Source: the human T2T-CHM13v2.0 reference genome, Homo sapiens. Taken from it: a stretch of 64,000 nucleotides of DNA. Below, piece by piece: positions 1 to 15,647 of the stretch. Each line of letters opens with the position of its first letter. The first letter of the stretch is position 1. Where the stretch lies: the NCBI RefSeq assembly GCF_009914755.1, contig NC_060925.1. The stretch is one strand, 5' to 3'. Below the pieces are notes generated by a model that was given only the letters and a program-made list of their open reading frames with translations, ran no database searches and was not told the DNA's origin. The position numbers and the translations under genes are program-made.

Positions 1-659
1 AAACAGCTGCCCGCTTTGATTAATAGCCAGAACATCACTGAATCCGTGCCCAGCAGCCATTCCGGCAGGAGCCTGTGGACTCAGGAAAGCTTTCTCCTCC
101 GGGCCGGGCCAGGCACTGGGCACTCATTCCATCGACCTGGATGGCGGGCAAGAGAGGGCTCTCTTGTCACATAGGTTGAGGGAACACCAAACTGAATGAA
201 ATCACAAAATCAAAATTCAGTTGGTGCCTCAGAGCCGGGGCCAAGCTCCTGTTAGCTGTGACTCTCCCAGAGAAGCAGGAAGGCCGCAGTGATTAATCAC
301 AGAACCCTTCCTAGGTGGGGATGGGGAGTGTTGAAAGGGAAAGGCAAGAGAAGGAACCTGGAAGGAAGTGTCCTGTCCCCTGGAGACACAGCCCTCGCTG
401 ATCCTCACACTTTCCCTTTTCCCCCTTCACCATTAGGAGGGTGGGCACAAGACATGCCCAGCCTTGTTCTTGACTTTCAACAGCACCAGGTCCCAGTTTC
501 TGAGGCTACAGTAAATGTTGATAATAGCTTGTAAGCAGCAGGGTAGGCAACTGGAATGGATCCAGAGCAGGCTTGGGAACGAGATACAGTTGAGGAACTG
601 TGTTTAGATGGCAGGAGGAAAGACAGAGGGGAAACCATTATTACTTAAACCCTACAAGA

Positions 660-1116
660 GACTGTCATTAGAGTTGTTCCTAACATCTAGAGTCTCTCCT
701 TCTGAGTAGAAGATCAACTTCTCCCACCTTTCCTGGAGTTAGGTATGGTCATGTGACTTGCTTTGGCCAGTGGAACAGGTGTAGAAATTGAGTGTGGTCA
801 TGTGACTTGCTTTGGCCATTGAAACAGATGTAGAAGTTGAGTGTGGTCATGTGACTTGCTTTGGCCAATGGAACAGGAGTAGAGGTTGGGCAGGGTCATG
901 TGACTTGCTTTGGTCAATGGCAGACGTGTGTAAGCTCCCATACTCCCTTGACTCTGCCATGGTGCCCAAGGGTCACTCTAGATGGTGAAGGCTGCAGATG
1001 GGGAAGCCTAAATCTCAGGCAAGGACAGTGTACTTCAGAGCTGTGTTTTTTAAGCCACTGAAATCAGGGTGCTAATTGTCACCTCCTCAAAATCAAGCCT
1101 GGTTTAACTAATACAG
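660..1116 (+). mobile_element. MLT1-type MaLR LTR containing an internal 49-bp tandem amplification
   Basis: MLT1-like GGTCATGTGACTTGCTTTGGCCAATGG motif; 3' end TTTTAAGCCACTGAAAT...ACTAATACA; left boundary approximate. Confidence 0.7.
737..921. repeat. 49-bp minisatellite, ~4 copies
   Basis: GGTCATGTGACTTGCTTTGG starts at 747, 796, 845, 894. Confidence 0.95.
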
Positions 1117-1300
1117 AGGCTTATCCCAGGAGTGAGTTGCTGTAGCAGAAACCCAAATATGTGGCTTTGGCTTTGAGATCAGGCAACAGGAGTTTAGAAA
1201 ACTGATACCAAAGGCTGGAAAGATGGTGGTCATGCCATGCAGTGGCCAGATTTTTGTAGAACTGTTGCCTGAGGTGCCTTGAGAAGTCGATCAGCCATGT
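1117..1300 (+). mobile_element. MLT1 internal (MaLR-int) fragment
   Basis: Directly follows the LTR; GTTGCTGTAGCAGAAACCCAAATATGTGGCTTTGG resembles the MaLR-int 5' region. Confidence 0.5.
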
Positions 1301-2845
1301 GGTGAAGAAACGAATCAAGGGAGTGGGTGCTACACCCAGAGAAAAACCAAATGGATTGGGGGCGTCTCAGGATAGCAGCTCAGACAAAGGTGTGGTATCC
1401 AGAGTAGCCCAGATAGAGGCCGGACAGAGCAGCCCAGGGAAAAGAGCCTTCCTGTGTGACGCTCTCGCTGAAGCTGGACATCTCGAGGGCCTTGAGAGTA
1501 CGTCTGACAGGTCACATGACCACACCCAACTTCTTCTTCTGTTTCACCAGCCAAAGCAAATCACATGACAAGGCAGTCACATGACTAGGAAAACAGAGGG
1601 AAACATAAGGATGAGACAACAAAGAAATTTAGAAATGAGGATTACACCTCCCAAGGAAGGGTGGCGTGGCAATTGGAACATGGAGCTGAAGAGATGAAGC
1701 CCTCACCACATTTTCAGAGCATTTCAAGGCCACAAGGCCCCCCGCCCAGCATGCACAGCAGAGCACAGAAACACATTAGGCAAAATGAGCCTGGGCCTGG
1801 CCCAATTGTCTACAGCCAGGAGTGGGCTGGGAAGACTGCTCTATCCCCAGGAAGAGCTGTCCCCATGCCTACTTCACATGTGGCTAAGAAGAGAACGGAG
1901 AAAGCAAACCCCCCAGAGAATGGAGCCAAGGGCTGCAGAGGACCAAGGGAGCTGCTGCCGGGGCGTAGAATCAGCACTAGATTAAAGAACATTCCCCACC
2001 CAGCAGGAGAGTCAGGCCTGGAAATGTTTACCTAGCCGACTGGTGAGTGCTGTGGGCCCCTGCTCTCCCCCTTTCTGAATGGGGTGGCCACCCTGTCCCT
2101 TTTCTGTACTTCTGGGGGCCGGGAGTGCAGGTAATTTGTCTTTTCAGCTCCTGGATACCTGAGAAGGAGGTGCCATGTCCAGACCCAATGCAGAGGCCAC
2201 TGTGCCTCACTAGAGATCCCGGAGCAGACCCAGCCAGCAAGCAGGAGGCTCCTGGGTTCTTCCCCAAGTGGGCTAGTAGCTGGCACAGCCTCTTTATATT
2301 TATATTTGGAAATATAGCATTTGCTGATTAAAAATAGAACTAATGATATCTTTGTTCAACATAAGAAGACAACGGGTTAGAGAAATTATAGTTTCCCTCC
2401 CTTTCAAATTTTCTGCAATCTATGGCATTTTCAAGTATTATAGAATTTTTTAGAATATCTCTAAGAATAGCTTCTCCCAGGACCCACACAGAGGGCATGA
2501 GATTTACCCTTTTCAATAGAAGGAAAACTATTCCCAAGCCTTTAAAAGCATCTCCCTGTGTCTGAAGCCACATGAAGTCACCAGAACAATCGTTCCTGAA
2601 AAATGTCTTTTTGTCACCCTGCAGTGGGAAGAGTGTCCTTTTAGAATCCAGATCCAACAGGGAGCTCCAGATCCCCACTGCCCTTCCCTCCCCTTGCCGG
2701 CCTTACCACCCCGTTTCCCCTAGCCTGTTGTGAGAGGGGGTGTCGCCACAGATGCCCTAACCTGTACAGGCCACGGCCAGCCCCCATGGTGAGGGGCGGG
2801 GGGGCTCCTGCAGGCTCCAGCAGCCAAGACACCCATGGAGGCCTG

Positions 2846-2848
<3 letters not shown>

Positions 2849-2885
<37 letters not shown>

Positions 2886-2904
2886 GAGAGAGAGAGAGAG
2901 AGAG
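2849..2904. repeat. compound microsatellite (TG)16(AG)n
   Basis: read directly. Confidence 0.98.
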
Positions 2905-4970
2905 CCAGCACGTTCCTCAGAAACGATTCGCAGTCACCAGTAATAGAAACACATCCAGAATAAGGCAGTGAAAAATAAAGGGAAAAAGAGAGAATTGTAC
3001 AGTGAAAGCACATGAAACTAGAATAAAAAAAGAAACAACAGACTCGGGGAAATAACAGCATGGAACATGACAAAGAGTCAATATCCGGATGCGATAAAGA
3101 TCTCGGCCTCGCCTTGTCGTCTCCCAGACAGTCATAAACCGTGGAGAGGGCCCAGCAGAGCACCTGCCTACGCGAGCGTGGGCGTCCATGTACAGGCACG
3201 AGTGTGTGTGTGAGTGTATGTGAAGGCATGTGTGTTCCCATGAGTGTGAGAATGTGTGTGTGCACATGTGAGTGTGAGTGTGTGAACATGTGTGTGCACG
3301 TGCACCCAAAGTCAACTGACAGTACCGAAGCAATGACCTGAGACCAACACTGTCCCCAAAGGTGACCCAGTGTGGAGAGGCAGCATGGGAGGAGGCAGAG
3401 ACTGCTGAGCTCTGACCCCGCCCCACACTGGCTCACCGTGGGGCCTTCTGCACAGTGACGTGGCATCTCCAGCTTTGTTTCCTCGTCTAGAATGGGAAGA
3501 ATCCCACTGTTGCTGCACAGTTAAAGGAGGGAATGCGTGTGGTGCCCAGCACACCTCGGGGCTCAGTGCACTTTCACTGTCATCCTTCCACATGGAAACT
3601 CACTCTGTTGGAGAATTCACCTTCTGGAGAGAGGTGGCCAGACGGGCCCTTGGAGTGCCCAGGCTATCAGGGTTTTCTCTCTGCAGATGCAAATGCTCTA
3701 GAGATCTGCAGACCCCAACCTGTGGTGCACCAGGGAATGGCACCAGGGAAGGTCCAGGCCAGGACAGGCAGTGTCTTGGTGAGGGATGGGACCCTCCAAA
3801 GACAGATGCTCTCAGTGCCAAAAGAGCGTCCCTCCACCGCCTCCTTTGTAGACACCTCCCACACACATAGGGAGGCAGGAGGGCTCCAGGGTCCAACAGC
3901 CAAGGCCCAGACCCCAGCACTGATAGGCCCTAACGCATCCTGTTGGCCAAGTTACTCCTGGCTCCAGTATGAGGTGCCAGTGAGATGGTGCCTGCACACC
4001 ACGCTCTGGTACTCAGTAAGCTGTGTTGTCATCCCATGAAGAGGAGCCCTTCCAAAGGCATGGGCACCTCCACCAGGCAGGGCAGGCACCCATCCAGTGC
4101 TGCTTTTAATTTGCCTATACTCTCCCTCTCCAATCTTGGAAGGATGGTCCCGCTTCACAGCAAACTCCCTGGGTCCTTGGGAACATCCCCGAGACCCCTG
4201 GCGGAAGGGATGATGCGGTGGAGCACTAGAGATGTGAGCCCTCCCCAATAAAGAGCTGCAAAGTCTAGGACTGATGAAGGGTCGCTTTCACTCAGCAGAC
4301 AAACATTTGTATAATAATTAGGTTGAAGGAGGCCAACATTTTAGAAGACCGTGAATATTTTTACAATCATTCAAACGTCCAATCCTGGGTCAGTGGTTAA
4401 ATAAATAACTATTCGAGGGAATTCCAGGTAGCAATGAGTGATTGTTGTCACATCCCTACATGACTATGAGTGATTTTTGTCTTATTAGTTCTACTTTTTG
4501 GTGTTTTCTGAATCATCTGTCTCATACAATGAGTATGCATCACTTTACTGAGAGTAAACAAATTAATTTTTTAACATATGCCTAGGGTGAAGAGGTACAA
4601 CATGTTTGGAAAACAGTTGTATAAAGTTATTAAGGACATAATGGGTGCATTTGGGCCTTTGGAGAATTTCCTCTAATACTTAGGCTATCATTTTAACAAC
4701 AAAGAGAAACGGAGGTTGAAACTCTTCTGAGGCTGCAGGGGAGATCATTTTCCCGGGACTCTTAAGTGGACCCCATTGGGCCCAGGGGACCCAGGCCCCA
4801 CCCCAGCCAATTCCATCACCAAGTTCTTTGACCTCCACTCCTGACATTGAACCAGATCCCTGCTCTTCCTCCTGCTATCCCCATTGTCCCCTGTCCCAGC
4901 CACTCTCAGCACATACCTGGGTCATTAGACAGATCCTGTCTCCCGCCTCTCCTGCCTCCCCTGCTGGCCT

Positions 4971-5320
4971 TGTTACAGGAGGAATTGCCTCTCCCAGAAA
5001 AAGGCATGTTAGAGTCTGAACCCCCCAGGACCTGTGAATGTGGCCTTATTTGGAGGCAGGGTCTTTACAGAGATAATGAAGCTAAATGAGGTCCCTAGGG
5101 TGGGCCCTAGTGCAAACGCTGGTGTCCTCACCAAAGGGGAACTTTGGCCACAGGGAGAGGGAAGATGCATCTGCGAGCCAGGGAACACCTGAGGCTCCCG
5201 GAGGCTGAGAGAGGGGTCTGGGCAGGTCCTCACAGCCTCAGAAGGAGCCACCAGAATTAATTTTTGTTTTTAAAGTCCCCAGTGTGTGGCACCTTGTGAT
5301 GCCAGCCTCAGGAAGCTTGT
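4971..5320 (+). mobile_element. MLT1B/C-type MaLR LTR
   Basis: ACCTGTGAATGTGGCCTTATTTGGA...GGGTCTTTACAGA and CAGCCTCAGAAGGAGCCA hallmarks. Confidence 0.8.
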
Positions 5321-5677
5321 GTAAACCCTTCCTCCACAAGGCAGACAAGGTGATTTAAAAAAAAAAAAAATCTGAGCACATCATAGCAGGGCTTAAACCC
5401 AGCTAGCCACTTCCAAATGGGCGTAGACTTTGAAATGTCAGCATAGCTGGCAGGCAGGCCGGTCCCCACCTGGCTTCTTCCTCCCTCTAACTGCAAAGCA
5501 GTTCAGCGCCCTGGGCTCCTCCCGATGCTGCACCCACCTCGAAGCTCCGCCACTCTCACACACGACCCGAGACACTCCTGTCTGTCTCCCTCCTCTCTCC
5601 TCCGCACAGGCACTCACGAAGCCACACCGCCTCCCTCCCAATTTCTCCAGCTCCCTTGTAGGGTGTCGGTTTAAATA

Positions 5678-5958
5678 AGACCACTTATTCTAAGTGAAGT
5701 AACTCAGGAATGGAAAAACAAACATCGCATGTTCTCACTTGTAGTTGGAAGCTAAGCTATGAGGACACAAAGGCATCAGAATGATACAATAGACTTCGGG
5801 GACTTGGGGTGGGAGAGGGGTGAGGGATGAAAAACTACACATTGGGTACAGTGTACACTGATCAGGTGATGGGTGCACCAAAATCTCAGAAATCACCACT
5901 ACAGAACTTATCCATGTCACCAAACACCACCTGTTCCCAAAAACTGTCGAAATAAACA
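5678..5958 (+). mobile_element. L1PB-type 3' end fragment
   Basis: CTAAGTGAAGTAACTCAGGAATGGAAAA...GATGGGTGCACCAAAATCTCAGAAATCACCACT. Confidence 0.9.
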
Positions 5959-6104
5959 ATATATCTATAATGTATCTCAGCAAACGGGGCACATCTCAGC
6001 ACCCAGCTGAGAGTGGCTGGGACAGGAGACAATGGGGACAGCCCCTGTTTTTTCCCAGTGCCTCCCTCCTCTTCCTCCTGCTCAGAGTGACTCCTTCCTT
6101 CAGT

Positions 6105-6291
6105 CCGGGGTTGATCCAGTTCAACGCTGTTGACATTTGGGGCCAGATCAGCCTTTCTTATGGGGGGCTCCCCTGGGAATCTTAGGGTGCTTAGCAGGAT
6201 CCCTGGCAGAGCCCCTCCCCAACCAAAGTGATGCATTGCCAAGCATCCCCTGGGGACAAAATTGCAAAACCGCCCTTGGTTGAGAGCTGCT
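6105..6291 (-). mobile_element. MER20 (hAT-Charlie)
   Basis: TGTTGACATTTGGGGCCAGAT...CCCCTGGGGACAAAAT...GGTTGAGAGCTGCTG. Confidence 0.75.
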
Positions 6292-7124
6292 GCTCTAGCG
6301 GTAAAGGCCTTGAAGGGGTGGACAGTGCCCACCTCACTCCCCACTGCACCTCCTCCACTTCAATCCCCACCGCATCTCCCCACCTCACTCCCCACCACGT
6401 CATGTGATGGTCAAAAGGATGGATGGGTGAATAGGAGAACCCACAGACACATTTCAGTTGCCGGTGGCTCGGCTGCAGCCAGACCCTCGCTCTTGCCCCT
6501 GGTGTTGGAATAAGCCCTGCATGACTCACAGATGGCCTGGGGGCCGGGGGTGGGGATGGCCTCGTGAAACGCAGCCCCCATAGTGGCCGTCTCCCATCTC
6601 CTGTTCCCCTCCTTTGGCATATTTCAAATGCACCAGGGCTTTGTATAAACCTGTTATCCATCAAGGTGAAAGCCAGATAAATAAAAATGAACCGACAGAA
6701 GTGTGAATAGCATCAGATCCCTCCTGGGCAGAGAGATAATACGCTGATACTCTAATGGTTGTATTAACAATTTAATAGAGCCCGAGTGCCCAGGGCCAGG
6801 CAGGTCTCCCAGCAGCCGGCAGCATAGCAGATGTCTGCTCCCACGCTGGGAGTGAGGGCCAGGCCCCGGACTCCCAGGTGTCCCTGAACGGGTCAGGGTG
6901 GAGGTCTGGAGGTCTGACTGAGCCTTGGTTTCCTCCAGTTCCCTGGGCAGAGTGAGCCTTGCGGTCGTTGCAGCTTTGGGAGAGGAGCTGGGCACTGTGC
7001 CTATTCCTGCAGTTCAGGGGTTCCCCCACCAAGAACAGCTGACATTGACTTTGACCAGGGGCACAGAGCCCAGGGCCCCTGAGGGCTGGACCACGCACAG
7101 TTGCTTCCCCTCTTTAAGACCCTG

Positions 7125-7420
7125 CCAGCACAGAACTTGGCATGCAGTTAGTGCTCAATAAATGTTTGTTCAATGGAGGCAACACGGGTGGGAGGGGTTG
7201 GGGAGAGCTACTACGTCTGTGGCTGGAAAAGACCAGTGGTGGCTGCAGGAGGAGGCTTAGAGCCTGAGAACCCAGCTGCCACTCCCTAGCAGTAGCCCCG
7301 TGGCCCGCCCTGTAATCTCACTGAGCCTCACTCCTACAGAGGAGTTCACGGTGCTCCCTCATGATGTTGACCTTGAAACCAGGTGAGAGAGCGGGTCTGT
7401 GAGCACCTTAGAAAATGAAA
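7125..7420. mobile_element. L2 3' end followed by MIR-like fragment
   Basis: GTGCTCAATAAATGTTTGTT (L2 tail); CTCACTGAGCCTCA (MIR core-like). Confidence 0.5.
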
Positions 7421-8906
7421 CAGTGTGTGATTCAGCCTTGTTCCTCTGCTCACTTGAGCTCCCAGATGGGGGATTTGCCATAAACTCAGCTCCAGCTTCT
7501 GAGGGGGTAGGGCTGAGCCACTGGCTGGCCCTGGCAGCGTTTCCCAGGAGCTGAGAAAGCTCCCCTGCCTTACCTTGCATGGAGCTCGGCTGTCTTCCCT
7601 ATCCAGAGCGCCTGCCTCCTGAGCATAAATGGGTTTTTGGTGCCTTGCTGTTTCCTTTATCTTTCTCTTCTACAACAGGCTTTGAAGGGATCCATGATTA
7701 CTTTTCTGTAAACATCCAGGACTGGGCCCAAGACTTTCCAAAATATTTTCTGAAGTTATCAAAAACTGCACACACGCGCACGCCCATACACACACACACT
7801 CACGCATACGTGCACGTACACACCCAGGGGCCTGGGATCATGTTAATAGCATTCAGCTTTTCTGCTCTTCTGGGAAATGCTTTAAGAAAAGTCAAAAGCC
7901 TCGTATCTCAAAAATCAAATCAATGGGCACTTTTGAAAAACAGACACATATAGAAAAAAGGAAGAAAGAAAAAAAAGGCTTCTTTCAGATGCCTCACCCA
8001 GAGTTCGCTGCATTTCCGCTCAACTTTCTTTATGTCAGAGCTGCTGCGCATTCTGCTGCCTTCGCTTGCTGGTTAGAAATCATAGTCCGTATTTTTAAAC
8101 TAAAGGAAGAAAGTCCTCATGTAATTTAGTGGTGGTTATTTGTCACCTATTCCCGAAAACAAATGCCCGTGGCAGTGAAGGCCAGCAGATTTACCGGGAG
8201 GGAAAAGATCTATATTCCCTGGAGCAAAGTGACGTTACCAGATTGGGTAATTGCTGCATAAGCAATAAATTACACGTTGATTAATTGTGCTTCTAGGGCT
8301 TTCTGGAGTATTTTTCATGGGGACAGTTGTGTACATGCTCACAGTGAATTGGAAAAGGCAAGGCCTGGCCTGGGGACCCACTCCAAACGGGAAGAAACAA
8401 AGACCATCAACAAGATTTCAGAACTTCCTACCTATTTCACGAAGGCGTCCCTCAGCAATGAGGGATTCCTGTGCACATCAGATACACGCGTATTCTCCAC
8501 CTATAAAAATAGACTTGAAAGTAACTTCCATGAGATACCACTACACACTTTTAGAACGGCTAAAGTCTTAGAAGAATGCTGACAAGGACACAGAGCAACA
8601 GCCACCCTCCTTCATTGCTGGTGGGAATGCAGAATGGAACTGCCACTATGGAAGGCAGCTTTGCAGTTTCTTACAAAGCTAAACATAGTCTTACCATACA
8701 AACCGCAATTGCACTCCTCTGCACTTACCCAAATGAGTTGAAAACTTATGTCCACACAGAAACCTGCACAGGAATATTCCCAGCAGCTTTATTCATAATT
8801 TCTGAAAACGAAAAGCAACCAAAATATCCTTCAAAAGGTAAATGAATAAGCAAAGGGTGGCACATCCATCTAATGGAATACTATTCAATAATTTAAAAAG
8901 AAATGA

Positions 8907-9207
8907 GGCTGGTGTCATGGCTCACACCTGTAGTCCCAACAGTTTGGGAGGCCAAGGCAGACAGATTGCTTGAGCCCAGGAGTTTGAGACCAGCCTGGGC
9001 AACATGGCGAAACCCCTTCTCTACTAAAAACACAAAAATTAGCCAGATGTGATTGCATGTGCCTGTGCTCCCAGCTACTTGGGAGGCTGAGGCAGGAGGA
9101 TCACTTGAGACAGGGAGGTTGGGGCTGAAGTGAACTAAAATCACATCACCGCACTTCAGCCTGGGCAACAGAGCGAGACTGTCTCAAATTTTAAAAAAAG
9201 AAAAATG
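8907..9207 (+). mobile_element. AluJ
   Basis: Dimeric Alu with GCTTGAGCCCAGGAG and GGATCACTTGAG J-type positions. Confidence 0.9.
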
Positions 9208-9789
<582 letters not shown>

Positions 9790-10425
9790 CTAAATGAAAG
9801 CAGTCAACCTTAAAAGGCTACTTACTGTACGATTCCAATGGAAAACGCAAAAGAATAGAGATGGTAAACAGATCAGTGGTTGTCAGGGATTTGAAGATGG
9901 GAGAGACTGAACTGGTGACGTGAGATTTTTTAGGGCAGTGAACTAATTCTGCATGATACTGGTAGATACATGACATTATGCATTTGTCAAAACCCATAGA
10001 ATTCTACAACACAAAGAGAGAACTTTATATGTGAAATGTTTTCAAAAAATCAGTTAGGAGGTCAGGGGATCCCAGGATGGGATGGAGATGATGATAAAAG
10101 GATCTGTACTACAAATGCATGACATTGCCTTACTGAAGGAGGTAAGAGGTAAAGGTACTGACCTCAGTAACTGTGGAAGTGAATAGAGACTGTTAGACTA
10201 GAAATGGATCTTCACATAGCACTGGGCTCTAGTTGGTAAAGTTGCTTCCTATGGGCATTCAGGTTAACGATTCTATACTTATACACAGAGATCACATAAA
10301 TAAGTAAATGGATGGAGAGTAGTGAGAAGCAGGTTACGGATAAGCAAAGGAGGAAGCTAGAGTGAACCTTGTGGAATAGGGTTAGAATTGGAGACATCAA
10401 TATGAACGCATAGTTTGCTTAATTT

Positions 10426-10447
10426 AGATACAGATGGAGAGATAGAT

Positions 10448-10494
<47 letters not shown>

Positions 10495-10507
10495 GATAGA
10501 TAGATAA
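10426..10507. repeat. (AGAT)n tetranucleotide STR
   Basis: read directly. Confidence 0.97.
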
Positions 10508-11865
10508 TGCATATACATGGTTCACTCTACATACATATACTTCCTAGCTCTACCCACTGAGACAGCCCTGTAGCAATGAGCACACACAGCACCGGACCTT
10601 GGTTTCCAAATACCATTCTCCAATTAAAAAGGAACCAAGGCTCTATAGAGAAATTGCTGTTTCTAGTGCTGAGACATGACATGTATGAGATGAGCCCAGA
10701 GCATCCTGCAGTGACAGAAAGTAAGGAAGTGCTCAAAAAACAAAATAATGGGGAAAATCTCAAAATTGTTCCAGCGTTGGCCGTGGGAGCTCTTCCAGTT
10801 GACTGCAGTGAACTGGAGAGCACCCCAGCTCCCATGGGCAGAGATGGAACAATTTAAGCAAAACAGTAAGTATAACCCAAAGTCTTTTTTTAAATCCATG
10901 ATTCTATACTGATATAAATCAATGATGATTGAATAAATCAATGCATAAGTAAATAAATGCACTGCACTTCAGCCTGGGCAACAGAGTGAGACCCTGTCTC
11001 AATTTTTAAAAACAGAAAAGATATTTTATTATAGCAGCACAGGCAAACAAAGACAGTCCCCCAACATACCACAGACTAGTATATGAGAATAGACTAGTCT
11101 CCAATACAGAAAAATTCCAAATAATTTATGTAAATAACTACCCTCTCAAGGAGGTGAGGTACAACTCCCCACTCCTTCCACATGGACTGTGTTTGGTGAC
11201 TTCGTTCCAAAGAGTACAGTGTGGAAAGAGGGGAAAAATCACTAACTTTCTCATGGAGAAATCTGACAGACTCAGCCAGTTGATCAAGGTCAACATTAAC
11301 ACTGGTAAGTCATGTCGATAGTATGTGCCCTTGAGCTGATGGGATCAAAATGGCACTTCACGTCTGTGGTCTTCTTCCCAAGAACACATACCCCAGTCTA
11401 ACTATGAGAAAAACATCAAAGTTCCCTCTGACAAACATTTTTAACTACCTGACAAGTACCCCCCAAAACAAAGTCATCAAAAACAAAGTATAAGAATCTT
11501 TCACAGCCAAAAAGATCCTAAGGAGAGATAACAAGTTAACATGATATGGTTTCCTGGGTGGGATCCTGGAAGGGAAAACAATATTAGGAAAAAGCCAGTG
11601 AAATCTAAAGAAAGTGCAGCGTCTAGTCAATAATAACGCATCAATATTGGCTCATTAATTCTAACAAATGTACCATACTAACGTAAGATGTTAAAATAGG
11701 GGAAACTGAGTAAGAGGCTTATGGGAACTCTCTGTACTATCATTGCAAATTTTCTGTAAATCTAAGATGATTCTGAAATAAAGAGTTTATTTAAATATCT
11801 GTGGTGTGTGTGTCTACATTTTCACAAACAAACCTGGGCACCAAGACAAAGCCCTCTTCTGTCCC

Positions 11866-12722
<857 letters not shown>

Positions 12723-14164
12723 TCTACAGGGCAGAATTCTGACAACTTCCACCAAGCGGAACAGACCAAGCCTGGAGGCTCAAAAAGAGAGCCCTCAAAA
12801 ACCTGAGCAGCAAAGCACTTTAATCTCCCAGGCCTCTGGCTCAGCTGTTTCTGAGCAGAGAACTCCACACATCCTGAGGAAGGCCAAGTCCAGGGCAGGA
12901 AGGAAGATCAGCAGATGGGGGGAAGCCCTGCAGACTCTGCCCTCACTACCACAGCCAGCAATCCCACTCTTGGGACATCTCCACCCACAGCACAGTGGGC
13001 TTTGAGGGTCGAGGCAGCAGACAAGGCCACTGTATTCATCACTCTTTGCTCCCTAAGGCTGGAGCCATCTGATGTATTTCAGAAATTTTCCATCAACAGC
13101 TAGAAATTTTCTTAATGCTTTGTTCTTAAAGAGATAAACTTTTATTTTCTGAATGTTGTAATTATGTTAAAACAAAATTTACTTCTGCAAGAAAAGGAAT
13201 TACATTTGGTTGTACCTACTGTGAGATACTTTGCATGTACTGTTTCAACTGACCCCACACCAAGGCCGTAAGTATTCTCATGGTTCCCATGCTGTAGGTG
13301 AAAAACCAGACTTGAATAGATTAGAGACATGCCCAGTTTCCAGTGCTGATCAACAGAAAAACTCAGGAATCCGGTTCTTCTTCCACCTTTCACTATGCTG
13401 GCAATGGTGGATAAAGCAGGGTTTGCTTTCCTGTAGCACTGGAACAGCCAGCTTGCCCTGCTGTGAGCCTTGCACAGCATGGTCCCTCTCCCTTCCATTC
13501 CTACACAAAGCACTGGAGGCTGCTCTCAGCAGAAGGGATCTGAGGCCCAGGAGCCTCCAGTCCAGCTCTAAGTGACTGAGACCAAAGCTGCAGGTTCCCA
13601 CCCACAGCTCCAGACACCACACCTGGCACCCACAGCCTTGAGCACAGAGAAGCCTGTAGAGTCAGCTGCTGTACCCCCCCACACCACTACATAATAGAGG
13701 GGTGGCCCCCAGGCAGGCAGAGCTGCCTCCAGCCTGGCACCCCCACCAGGTACGGCATAGCAGATGGAAGCACAACAATTAAACCGAGAGGCCCTCCAAG
13801 GGGTAAGGAGATGAGAGTGAGTGGGAAGGAAAAATGGTAGAGATTCAGTTCCACCCATCAGGAGACAGGAACATGGTGCTCTTTGGAAACACAAGTGGTT
13901 TGCCTAATCTCACTTTGGGTTTTATTTTATTTCACTTTTTAATATGTGAAAAGTCCTAGAGGCCACCCACAGAGCTTGCCAAGTCGGTTCCTCCATCTCC
14001 AAAACACATTCCACAGTGGCCTCTTATTGCCATGGCAACTGTCTGGTCCAAGCCTCCTCTCCCTCTCTCCCTGGGAAAAGTAATCCACCATATTAACAGG
14101 CTAAAGGAAAAATATGACACAATCATATTCATCAAATCAGAAAAAGCACATCTCAAAATCTATA

Positions 14165-14410
14165 CAGTCGTCCCTTGGTACACATGGGGTATTGGTTCCA
14201 GGACCTCCCACCCACCTGCATATACCCAAATCCACACATACTCAGGTCCTGTAGTGGGCTCCATGGGATGTATACATTTAAAAAGTCAGACTGCTGTATA
14301 CCTGGATGTCAAATCCCAGGAATCCTGTGTTTTCCATCAGCTTTGGCTGAAAAAAGCCACGTATACGTGCACCCACACAGTTCAATCCTGTGTTCTTCAA
14401 GGGTCAACTA
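14165..14410 (+). mobile_element. MER2-type (TcMar-Tigger) non-autonomous element
   Basis: CAGTCGTCCCTTGG...TCAAGGGTCAACTA termini with TA on both flanks. Confidence 0.85.
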
Positions 14411-14849
14411 TACTCATTCATGATAAAACTCTCAGAAAAATAACAGTGGGGGAAGGATTCCCTCAATTTGATAAAGGGCACCTACAAAAAGCCCACATCC
14501 AACATTTAACTAAATGGTCTAAGACCGAATGCTTTCCCAAGAGACTGGTAACAGGGCAAGAAAACCCACTCTCACCACTTCTGCTCTGGTAGTGCTAGCA
14601 GCTCTAGCCAGTGCAATCAGGCAAGAAAAGTTTTTTAAAAGCATCCCGATCAAAAGGAAGGGAAGAACTCATCCCTATTTGCAAATGACATGATTGTCTA
14701 TGCAGAAAATCACAAAGAACCAGCAAAAACGCCTGTAGAATTAACCAGTAAGTTCAGCAACGTCAGAGGATACAAGATTCAAAAATCAATCTTACTTCTA
14801 CATTCTAGTAATGACCATGTGGATAATGAAATTAAAAACACAATCACTG

Positions 14850-15385
<536 letters not shown>

Positions 15386-15647
15386 TACCGTTTACAATCA
15401 CTAAAACAAATTAAATCATTATAAATCTAAAAAACGTATAGGGTTTCTATGCTAAACAGTACACCACACTGATGAAAGAAATCAATAAAGATCTAAATAA
15501 ATTGAGAGACATATCATGTTCATGGATTGGAAGACTCAAAATAGTAAAGATGCCATTTCTCCCTAAGTGGATTTACATACAGGCTTAACACAATTCCCAT
15601 CAAAAGCCCAGTGAGACTTTTTATAGATATAGATAAGATTATTCCAA

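Noticed and set aside
737-921. CRISPR-like look of constant motif plus variable spacer (also 51-52.6 kb)
   Set aside because: Spacers are homologous to one another, the DNA is primate and there are no cas genes; these are tandem repeats.
2720-3466. 248-aa minus-strand ORF
   Set aside because: Kept open by (TG)n/(AG)n repeats (HTHT, LSLS runs).
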